From Pseudomonadota bacterium (GTDB lineage: Bacteria; Desulfobacterota; Desulfobacteria; Desulfobacterales; Desulfobacteraceae): a stretch of DNA of 24,000 nt. Location of the stretch: NCBI GenBank assembly GCA_043806875.1, contig JAZDGN010000049.1:185254-209253 (forward strand), written 5' to 3'. A program made the translations under genes and the position numbers. Below, piece by piece: positions 8,776 to 16,600 of the stretch (position 1 is the stretch's first letter; the number at the start of each line of letters is the position of its first letter). Under the pieces are notes generated by a model. The model was given only the letters and a program-made list of their open reading frames with translations. It had not been told where the DNA came from and searched no databases.

Positions 8776-9885
8776 TTATCGCAATCCCATGATGGTCTGT
8801 TTTTCCTGTTTCAGGGCAGGTTCCTGGAAGGCCTTTGATGTCATTCCCAAAGTCTGGGCCTTGTCACTGGCCCTCTGTCTCTTGTTGGCTGCTGCCTTGG
8901 AAAGGCCGTCCAGGCACGCCTGGGCAAAAGGTTCAACCTCGAGCATTCCGTTGATCACAGCCTGGTCCACAAGGCGCTGGCCAAGGGGTGTTCTGACGAT
9001 CAGGGTGTTCCAGCCAGTTCTGCCTTCCAGTGCCCCGACGGACAGGTCTGTAAACTCCCCGGTCATGTCCGGGCAGATGGCGCATCCACCGGGCACGAGC
9101 CGGCGCAAGTCGTCCAGGGGGAAGGTCATCACTGAATCGGTAAGATTCAGCACAAAGGTTTCGGCAGGCGGCGGCGGGATATCCATGGACCGGATTGATT
9201 GGGTGTCCACCCCTTTGGCAGCCATATACCGTGCAAAACGGGCCGCGTCCACAGCCCAGGTGCAGAAGAGTCCGATTCTCAGGGACGTGATGTCGCGGAA
9301 TCCGGTTTTCTGCAGCGGATTCATGCGCAGTTGGGCAAGGGCTGTCATCTGGCATGGGGTGCCCACCACGGCCAGTTTGCCCAGAGGACCGTCCATGGCT
9401 GCGTTCAGGGCTGCCAGTGTAGGCGTGGCCATGTACTTGGATGACGCGCAATGGAGGATGCCCGCCTCCGTGTCCGTGATCAGTGGGGCTGGGGTCAGGC
9501 CGTGCCTGTCCGTGAGCAGGGCCCCATGGATGAGGCCCAGACGCAGTGCCTGGATCACCAGGGAGGATACGGTGCCGCCGTTCTGGAACTGTCCGTCCGG
9601 AGCCTTTTTCCCCCTGCGGGCTGAAAGGATGGACAGGCATGAACCCAGGGGTGACTGAGGCTGGGGTTCCTTGAAGCAGTGCCTGGACAGCTCATCCCTG
9701 TCCACACCGATATGGGGGCAATGGGCATAGCACCGTCCCTGGGATCTGTCGCAGGCAAAGACCTGGATCACAGACCCGTTGTGGGACCTTAAATAGGGGC
9801 ACATGTCAGCGCAGGCTCCGCAGGATGTGCACAGATTGGCATCCCGGATGCGCTGGATAAGTTCCAGAGGGCCGAATATCTGCAT
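8776..9885 (-). CDS. FrhB/FdhB family (F420 hydrogenase/dehydrogenase beta-like) FeS flavoprotein
   Basis: AGGAG lies 8 nt before ATG 9885. The N-terminus has the ferredoxin motif CTSCGACADMCP plus CYAHCPH. VVGTPCQMTALAQL is typical of FrhB/FdhB C-terminal domains. The gene sits 51 nt upstream of iorA on the same strand. Confidence 0.7.
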   Translation of the reverse strand: MQIFGPLELIQRIRDANLCTSCGACADMCPYLRSHNGSVIQVFACDRSQGRCYAHCPHIGVDRDELSRHCFKEPQPQSPLGSCLSILSARRGKKAPDGQFQNGGTVSSLVIQALRLGLIHGALLTDRHGLTPAPLITDTEAGILHCASSKYMATPTLAALNAAMDGPLGKLAVVGTPCQMTALAQLRMNPLQKTGFRDITSLRIGLFCTWAVDAARFARYMAAKGVDTQSIRSMDIPPPPAETFVLNLTDSVMTFPLDDLRRLVPGGCAICPDMTGEFTDLSVGALEGRTGWNTLIVRTPLGQRLVDQAVINGMLEVEPFAQACLDGLSKAAANKRQRASDKAQTLGMTSKAFQEPALKQEKQTIMGLR

Positions 9886-10194
9886 CAGGCTGGCTCCTGT
9901 TAAGTGTTGACCGGTACGTGTTCCTGCCGCACCGGATTGATCCCGTCCCCTGGCATCATCCCCTGGGATGCATGTTGTGATCAGCTGTCCAGGGTGTGTT
10001 AGGTGTTGGACTGCCAGGCCGGATTTACCTTGTGTATCACAGGTTGATTATGAATTGAACACAAAAAGTGCGGACAGGTTACAGGGCCTTTCCCTTGCTG
10101 ATTCCTGGGCCCCCCGGGCCAGCCCTGGACAGGGCACCGGGTATGGGAGGCTATTTGGGATAGGCATTCTCAATAGACCCATGGCCAGTCATCA

Positions 10195-10215
10195 TGATTA
10201 ACAATTTGATTAACA
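10195..10215. repeat. Perfect 9-bp direct repeat TGATTAACA-N3-TGATTAACA
   Basis: Copies at 10195-10203 and 10207-10215 (12-bp period), 80-100 bp upstream of the preferred MauE start. Possible regulator site. Confidence 0.35.
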
Positions 10216-10293
10216 GTTTTTGCTTGTGTAAAACTCTTTCAGGCAAAAATATGAATGATGAACGCAGGAGAAATTCTGCATTGCGGAGACTGT

Positions 10294-10794
10294 ATGTCCC
10301 GGTTTTTCATGTCAGAGTTCGTGTATGCAGCAGTCCGGTGCGGACTCGCCATGGTATTTCTCTATTCCGGTGTGATGAAGCTGGCTGATCTTGGGGCCTT
10401 TGCGTCGGTGATCGAGGCCTATGGCATTGTCCCCTGGGAATTCAAGTCTTTGTCAGCCCTGGTGATCTCCCTGGCAGAGGTCTTTGCCGGGGCAGGGCTT
10501 CTTTTGGATGTTCGGGGAAGCCTGACCGCTGTAGCCGTGATGCTGGTTGTATTCATGGCAGTCCTGGGTTTAGGGATCCACATGGGGTATGACATTGACT
10601 GCGGCTGTTTCGGTGAGGATGACCCGGTGGGCAAAGCCATGCACGGGCTTGGCCGTGCCTTGATCCGCGATTTGGTTTTTACGGCAGGAGTTTTGTACTG
10701 TTATGTCTGGCGCTATCTGCATTCCCATGAACCGGCAGGCCTGGCAACCTATTTTTATCACCTGGTAAATGGAAAAAAGAGGAGAAGTTTATGA
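10294..10794 (+). CDS. MauE/DoxX family redox-associated membrane protein
   Basis: The ORF opens at 10255; ATG 10294 is preferred because GGAGA lies 4 nt upstream. Four TM helices are present, with LYSGVMKL and DIDCGCFGE motifs. The stop overlaps the next start (ATGA 10791-10794). Confidence 0.7.
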   Translation: MSRFFMSEFVYAAVRCGLAMVFLYSGVMKLADLGAFASVIEAYGIVPWEFKSLSALVISLAEVFAGAGLLLDVRGSLTAVAVMLVVFMAVLGLGIHMGYDIDCGCFGEDDPVGKAMHGLGRALIRDLVFTAGVLYCYVWRYLHSHEPAGLATYFYHLVNGKKRRSL

Positions 10795-11336
10795 AGAAAT
10801 CCGCAATGTTTTCAATGGTCGCAGGTCTGGCAGCAGCGGTTCTGGCGCTTGTTTTCACGGCAGGCCAGTCCCACGCGCTGCTCGATGGCAAATTTGAAAA
10901 AGAAGTAGAGGTTGAAAAAAGTGCTGTAAAACTGGTAAAAGAAGTTCAGCGGGGCGGTTATGATATTGTTGACACTGCCCAGCTCAAAGGGTGGATCGAT
11001 GAAAAAAAGGACATGATCATTGTCGATACCATGCCCTATGCTGACAGTTATGTTAAGGGGCATGTGCCGGGAGCAAAACAGTTCCTGTTTCCCATCCCGG
11101 ACATGACAACCTGGGATGCCAAGGAGACTGACCAGAAGTCCGTTGACGATTATAAGGCCCTTCTGGGACCGGATCTGAATAAGCTCATTGTGGTCTATTG
11201 CGGGTTTGTCAAATGCACCCGCAGCCACAACGGTGCTGCGTGGGCCAAAAAACTGGGATATACCAATGTTTACAGATACCCCGGCGGAGTATTCGCCTGG
11301 AAGGGTGCCGGATTTGAAGAGGAGACCGTCAAGTAA
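10791..11336 (+). CDS. Exported rhodanese-domain protein
   Basis: AAGAGGAGAAG RBS. Sec-type signal peptide (AGQSHA/LL). Rhodanese motifs IIVDTMP, YVKGHVPGA and IVVYCGFVKCTRSHNGAAWAKKLGYTNVYRYPGGVFAW. Confidence 0.8.
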   Translation: MKKSAMFSMVAGLAAAVLALVFTAGQSHALLDGKFEKEVEVEKSAVKLVKEVQRGGYDIVDTAQLKGWIDEKKDMIIVDTMPYADSYVKGHVPGAKQFLFPIPDMTTWDAKETDQKSVDDYKALLGPDLNKLIVVYCGFVKCTRSHNGAAWAKKLGYTNVYRYPGGVFAWKGAGFEEETVK

Positions 11337-11979
11337 CGACCCTGAACTCATTGTTTTTGTGAGAGCCCCTGAACAGGGGAAGGTAAAGACCAGGCTTGCC
11401 CGTCATCTGGGTGAGACCCTGGTCCTTGCCGTTTACAGGGGCCTGGTGGAACAGATCCTGGCGGCCGTATACCAGTCCGGAATAAGGACGGTGATCTGCT
11501 ATTGTCCGGACGATAAGGGAGCCATGGTGAGTGATTGGCTGGGGACGGATCCTGAGTATCGTCCCCAGTCAGGGGACGACCTGGGGGATCGCATGTTCCA
11601 GGCCCTGGACCATGCCTTCTCCTCCGGGTGTTCCAGGGCTTTGCTCATGGGTTCGGACATACCGGATGTGACGGCGGCCCACCTCCTGGAGGCGCTTTCC
11701 ATTCTGGATCAATGCGACATTGTGCTGGGACCTGCCCTGGATGGCGGTTACTGGCTGGTGGGTCTCAACAGGAATGGGCTTGACCGCAGTCTGTTTCACA
11801 ATGTTGACTGGGGAACGGACAGGGTCCTGTCTGCAACAACCAAAACTGCGGCCGCCCTGGGGCTGACTGTGGGTTTTGCTGCAACCTTGAGGGATGTGGA
11901 TACCCTGGAGGATCTCATGCTGTCACCTGCCGGTTCAGGACTTCTTGAACGGCTGAAAGATAGGGTGCGGGGTACCTGA
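11314..11979 (+). CDS. DUF2064 / TIGR04282-type transferase (family now named arsenosugar biosynthesis glycosyltransferase)
   Basis: Hallmark motifs LIVFVRAPEQGKVKTRL, LMGSDIPD, ALDGGYWLVGL and VDWGTDRVLSATT. No ATG exists after the rhodanese stop. TTG 11314 was chosen because GGAAGGG lies about 9 nt upstream; alternatives are GTG 11305, ATG 11266 and GTG 11359. Confidence 0.7.
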   Translation: MKRRPSSNDPELIVFVRAPEQGKVKTRLARHLGETLVLAVYRGLVEQILAAVYQSGIRTVICYCPDDKGAMVSDWLGTDPEYRPQSGDDLGDRMFQALDHAFSSGCSRALLMGSDIPDVTAAHLLEALSILDQCDIVLGPALDGGYWLVGLNRNGLDRSLFHNVDWGTDRVLSATTKTAAALGLTVGFAATLRDVDTLEDLMLSPAGSGLLERLKDRVRGT

Positions 11980-12019
11980 ACCCCTCGAAAGGCTGAAAAC
12001 AGGATCGCACCAAAAGCTG

Positions 12020-12058
12020 CCATGGCCGTGTCCGGTTTTATGCCGGGTCCGGCCATGG
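12020..12058. terminator. GC-rich hairpin between convergent genes (likely terminator, clearest for the minus-strand gene)
   Basis: A perfect 9-bp stem, CCATGGCCG (12020-12028) with CGGCCATGG (12050-12058), is extended by inner CCGG/CCGG pairs. On the minus strand it is followed by GCAGCTTTTG. Confidence 0.55.
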
Positions 12059-12087
12059 ATGCTTCCGGGGTCAGGGGAATTTCGAAA

Positions 12088-12696
12088 TCAGGGCATGGCG
12101 GCAAGTTTGTCATAATCCACTTTTTTGGCATAGGCGGTCAGGTCTTCCTTGGTGACACCGTTGCCTTCAATGGAGACAAAAAACCTGTTTGCCACAACAA
12201 TTTTGATATTGCCATCCCTGTCGTTTTCATTGTAGGTGACGATGGCTTTCTGTTTACCGACCTTTTCAAGTTTGCCTCCCTCGGAGGCTGCAAACATGGG
12301 GTTGGAAAACATCATCATCACGCCCTGCATCAGGGGCGAATCCGTGAGGATCTGGATGGTCACCTGGCTGGAATCTTTGGTATAGGTTCTTTCTGCGGAT
12401 ACGCCGCCGCCGAACATGGCGGCTCCGGCTGCGGTGGAGTTGGACGGTTCTGCTGTCCACCCGCTCAGGGGCGCAGGCAAATAGGCCTCCAGGCCCTGGG
12501 CTTTTGTCTGCATCATGAGCTGGGTGGCATAGTTCAGGCTCTGTATGGCTGCGGAAACGTCTCCCTTTTTGTAGTTTTCCAGACCTTCGTTGATGGAATC
12601 GGTGATGTCATCCGCAGATGCACTCAGGGCAGATCCGAGAACAATGATTCCCAGGATGGCGAACATCACTGTCATACGTTTAATCAGATGTTTCAT
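12088..12696 (-). CDS. Secreted protein of unknown function (Met-rich, Cys-free)
   Basis: AAGGAGAA RBS. Signal peptide MKHLIKRMTVMFAILGIIVLGSALSASA/DD. Composition is normal, unlike the antisense ORF 12022-12810. No family recognised. Confidence 0.7.
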   Translation of the reverse strand: MKHLIKRMTVMFAILGIIVLGSALSASADDITDSINEGLENYKKGDVSAAIQSLNYATQLMMQTKAQGLEAYLPAPLSGWTAEPSNSTAAGAAMFGGGVSAERTYTKDSSQVTIQILTDSPLMQGVMMMFSNPMFAASEGGKLEKVGKQKAIVTYNENDRDGNIKIVVANRFFVSIEGNGVTKEDLTAYAKKVDYDKLAAMP

Positions 12697-12781
12697 GGTC
12701 GTTTTCTCCTTAAAGGGTTTATCTTTTCATGTGGTTTGTTATTGTGCTTGCGGCAGGGGTGCTGCATTGTTTTCCCCGGAA

Positions 12782-12811
12782 TTTATATCAGATTTCAAAT
12801 CACGGTGTAAA
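12782..12811 (-). promoter_or_regulatory. Candidate sigma70 promoter (extended -10) for the secreted-protein gene
   Basis: On the minus strand: TTTACA (12811-12806), 18 nt, TATAAA (12787-12782) preceded by TGA. It lies about 85 nt upstream of ATG 12696. Confidence 0.4.
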
Positions 12812-12870
12812 GGGAAACATGGTGTCTCCCGGTAAGAAGCCTTGGGATCGTTTCCAGGGCAGGACCAGTT

Positions 12871-13572
12871 TTAATAGTACCGGGCCAGACGCTCCGGGGG
12901 AATGCCCAGGAAAAACAGGCTCACCAGAGCCCAGTTTCGCAGTGTCGTGCACACGATACCCTGGGACTCCCACCGTCTGGCTGACGTGGACACGGTATGC
13001 CTGAAAATCAGAGGTTTTTTTCTGGTTTTTTTGAGTTTTCCCATCAAGGCCACATCTTCCATGATGGGAATGTCCGGAAACCCGCCCACGGCCTCAAATA
13101 CCTCCCGGCCCATGAACATGGCCTGGTCACCGTAGGGGATCCCTGTAAGCCTGGAGCGGAGCGAGATGACAGCCTCAATGATCCTGTATATGGGGCGCCG
13201 GCAGTTGATATTGAGGTCAAAGGCGCCGAAAAGCCAGTCACCCCGGGACTGGAAAGCGGTGTGGATCAGATCAAGTCCGGTCTGAGTGATGCGGGTGTCG
13301 GCATGGAGGAAAAGGAAGATGTTTCCACAGGCTGTCCTGGCTCCGGCATTCATCTGGGGCCCCCGGCCCCTTAGAGCCTTGAGCAGGAGAATCCTGGAAT
13401 CCATTGCTGCCTCTGATTTTAGGCAATCCAGGGTGCTGGCCTGCGCTTCCCCGTCAACTACGATGATTTCCATCCCTCCGGGAAAGGCCAGGCTCAGAAG
13501 ATGGTCTAAAGCCGTGCGGATGATTTTTTGTTCCTTGAAAACAGGAATTATGATAGATAGTCTGGACGTCAT
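12871..13572 (-). CDS. GT2-fold TIGR04283-type transferase (family now named arsenosugar biosynthesis glycosyltransferase)
   Basis: Motifs LSIIIPVFKE, IIVVDG, GRGPQMNAGARTACGNIFLFLHADT, GAFDLNI, IPYGDQAMFMGREVFEAVGGFPDIPIMEDVALMGKLKK and STSARRWESQGI...IPPERLARYY. Start is ATG 13572, or GTG 13590. Confidence 0.8.
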   Translation of the reverse strand: MTSRLSIIIPVFKEQKIIRTALDHLLSLAFPGGMEIIVVDGEAQASTLDCLKSEAAMDSRILLLKALRGRGPQMNAGARTACGNIFLFLHADTRITQTGLDLIHTAFQSRGDWLFGAFDLNINCRRPIYRIIEAVISLRSRLTGIPYGDQAMFMGREVFEAVGGFPDIPIMEDVALMGKLKKTRKKPLIFRHTVSTSARRWESQGIVCTTLRNWALVSLFFLGIPPERLARYY

Positions 13573-13608
13573 GGGAAAATGAATTAACACACCTATAGGC
13601 TTTTTTGT

Positions 13609-16600
13609 ATGATTATTTCAGGTTTGGAAGACTGGGAACGTGTTTCATGGGATGGACTTGTCCTGTACGTAAGACCGGAGGCGCCGGACTGGTTTGTTCC
13701 ATCGGAAAAAGGGGACGCCATTCTCCGGAAATTGAGGGCAGGTCAGCCATGGCAGGATGAAACCCTTACCGGACTGGACAGGGTTAAGGCGCGGCAGTTC
13801 CTGTCCATCCTGCCGGAGACGGTTGTATCTCAACCCTATAAAGGACGGGGCAGGTGCTTAACCCTTACGGGACTTACGGAATTCTGGTTCCATGTCACGG
13901 ACCGGTGCAACCTGGCCTGCAGGCACTGCCTGTTTTCCTGCAATGGGACCGGGGCTGTCATGGATTTTCACCTGTTCAGGAGTGTGGTGGACCAGGTCCA
14001 TGACCTGGGTGCAAGGACACTCTACTTCACCGGGGGCGAGCCCCTGGTTCATCCACGGATCCGGGCCATGTGCCGTTATGTCCTTGATAAATCACCGGAT
14101 ACCCACCTGGTAATGCTGACCAACGGGTTCGCTATCCCGGGATTTGAACCGTTCATCAGGAGCCTTGACCTTTCAAGGATCCATTTCCAGATCAGCGTTG
14201 ACGGGGATGGCCCCCTTCATGATCAGGTCAGGGGCAGAGGCACCCATGCCGTACTCATGGAAGCCATTAACGTCCTGTCGGCCCTGGGGGCTGATATTAC
14301 CCTGGCCATGACCGTCCACCAGGGAAATCTCGGGTTCATGTCCGGATTGATCGACCTGGCCGGTCAGTTTTCCATAACCAATGTCCACTTCCTGTGGCTT
14401 TTTGTCACCGGCAATGCAACCAGTGACGGGTTTGCCGGACCACGCGAGATTTTTCCTTTTCTGGAAAAAGCCCATTACCATGCCCGCAGAGCCGGCATTG
14501 TCATTGACAACATCCAGGCCATGACCGAACAGGTGTTTTCCGTGCCCGGGACCCGGCACGACCTGTCCAATGCCGGGTGGGAATCCCTTGCCATGGCACC
14601 TGACGGATCCATCTATCCTACCCCGGCCCTGATCGGAAGGCCAGACGCCCTGTGCGGGAAGGCTGATTCGGGGATAGGGGCTGTATGGAGACACAGCCTG
14701 ATCCTTTCAAAAATCCGCAGCCTGTCTGTTGAAGGCGATGACAAGCTCCGGAACAATCCTTTGAAATTCATCACCGGGGGCTGCGACCTGGATCACTCCT
14801 TTTATGCAGGGGGCGAATTTACCGGTTATGATCCCTACCTTGAACTTTACGACCGTATTGCCCTGATGCTTATCAGGGAGCATGTGGACCGGCACAGGGA
14901 TGGTCTGGGTCGGGTCTGGCCCGGAGTCCTGGCCCGCATGGGCGACCGCCTGGAGAACTGTGACTACACCGGAAGCGGTGTTGTTTTCACCCATTCCAAT
15001 TGCGTGCTCTCCTTTTCCGGTGCCCGGAAAAAGGTAGAGGCCTTTTATGCCGGTGCAGCCCGTAACCCGGAAGCCGATGCCGCCATCCTGAACCCTGTGT
15101 GCTATCCCCCGGATCAGATCGCCCACATCCCGGACTATGCCCGGGTTCGATCCTTTGGGTGCGGAAGCCCGGTAATGGACGCTGCCGTCCAGGAGGGGGA
15201 GACTGTTGTCGATTTGGGCTCGGGCACAGGTGTCGAGTGTTTTATTGCCTCCAGGATCACAGGAAAAAGTGGCAGGGTCGTGGGCATCGATATGACCGAC
15301 ATTATGCTGGACCTGGCCACACGGGCATCACGGGATACAGCCAATACCCTGGGGTATGGGAACACGGTGTTTGTAAAGGGTTTTCTGGAGGATATCCCCC
15401 TGGAGTCGGGGTGTGCGGATGCCGTGATCTCCAATTGTGTCATCAACCTGACATCGGACAAACCCGGGACCCTGAATGAAATTTTCAGGATACTCAAACC
15501 CGGAGGCCGGCTGGTGGTTTCAGATGTGGTCACCGATTCCCGGCCTGGGCCAGGGATTCTCAATGATCCGGAACTCAGGGGGGAATGCATTGCCGGTGCC
15601 ATGGTCCTAAATCAGCTCATGGCACTTCTGGAGCAGACCGGGTTCGTGAATCTCAAGATTATCAAACGGTTTTTTTACAGGGAAGTCAAAAATCACCGGT
15701 TCTATTCCGTCACCTACCAGGGGAACAGACCCGGAGCGGAACAGGCCCTGAAATCTGTAATCTATCCCGGCCCCTTTGCCGCTGTTATGACCGATACCGG
15801 TGAAATTCTGGTCCGGGGCCAGGTCCTGGACCTTTGTGTATCCCATGCCCTGGAAACAGATCCATCGCTGTACATCCTGGATGCCCTGGGGAATGCTCTC
15901 GGGATGGAAGGCCAGAATACCTGTGCCTGCTATCTGCCCCCTGAAGACCAGGCGCCTGTTCGGGAGATTTCCGGACCGGTAAGGAGCCCGCTCCAGACCG
16001 CCGGGCCCGGAGATACCACGGCACAGGGCCTGGGAATCGCCAGAAGCATGACCGGATGCATGGTCTGTTCAGCTCCCCTGGTGTACACGGATGGGTTGGA
16101 AAAGGGGGTGTGCCATTACTGCCAGGCCCTGCTTCCGGTGGACGCCAGGTGCGTAAACGGCCATTTTGTGTGCAACCAGTGCCACTCCCGGGATGCTGTT
16201 AAGGTTGCGGAAACCATACTCACCTCCACCCGTGAAACCGACATGATCACCCTGATGAATATTGTCCGCAGCCATCCGGGGGTACCGCTCCACGGTCCGG
16301 AGCACCACTTCATTCTTCCCGGGGTTATCCTCGCGGCCTTTCGCAACAGCGGCGGTGCCCTGGACAATGACCGGATCCTGGCCGGTATCCAGCGGGGAAA
16401 GGCGGTTCCCGGGGGCGTGTGTGCCTTCTGGGGAACCTGCGGTGCCGTGACCGGTGCCGGTATTGCCCTGGGGATCATCCTGGAGTCCAGTCCCCTGAAA
16501 CCAAGACCGCGCAGGATCGTCCAGGAAATTACCGCAGCCATAATCAAAGAACTGGCAACCATCGAAGCCGCCCGGTGCTGTCAGCGGGAAACATGGACGG

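Noticed and set aside
8717-9658. 313-aa plus-strand ORF, and the 235-aa minus ORF 8933-9640, overlapping the FrhB-like gene.
   Set aside because: The FrhB-like frame carries the ferredoxin and GTPCQ motifs and an AGGAG RBS. The competing frames are Arg/Pro/Ser-rich with no recognisable domain.
10132-10148. GGCAC-containing stretch (GGGCACCGGGTATGGGA) that looks like a sigma54 -24 element.
   Set aside because: The -12 position reads ATGG instead of TTGC at the required spacing. No other GG-N10-GC match with a good flank was found in the gap.
9968-10201. 77-aa ORF in the long intergenic region; also 10194-10388.
   Set aside because: No RBS, Cys/Pro/Gly-rich composition and no motifs. I treat the region as non-coding or regulatory.
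12022-12810. 262-aa plus-strand ORF opposite the secreted-protein gene.
   Set aside because: The translation is Gly/Cys/His-rich (GGSGCGGVGRFCCPP), and its 5' end begins inside the terminator hairpin. The minus-strand frame has an RBS, a signal peptide and normal composition.
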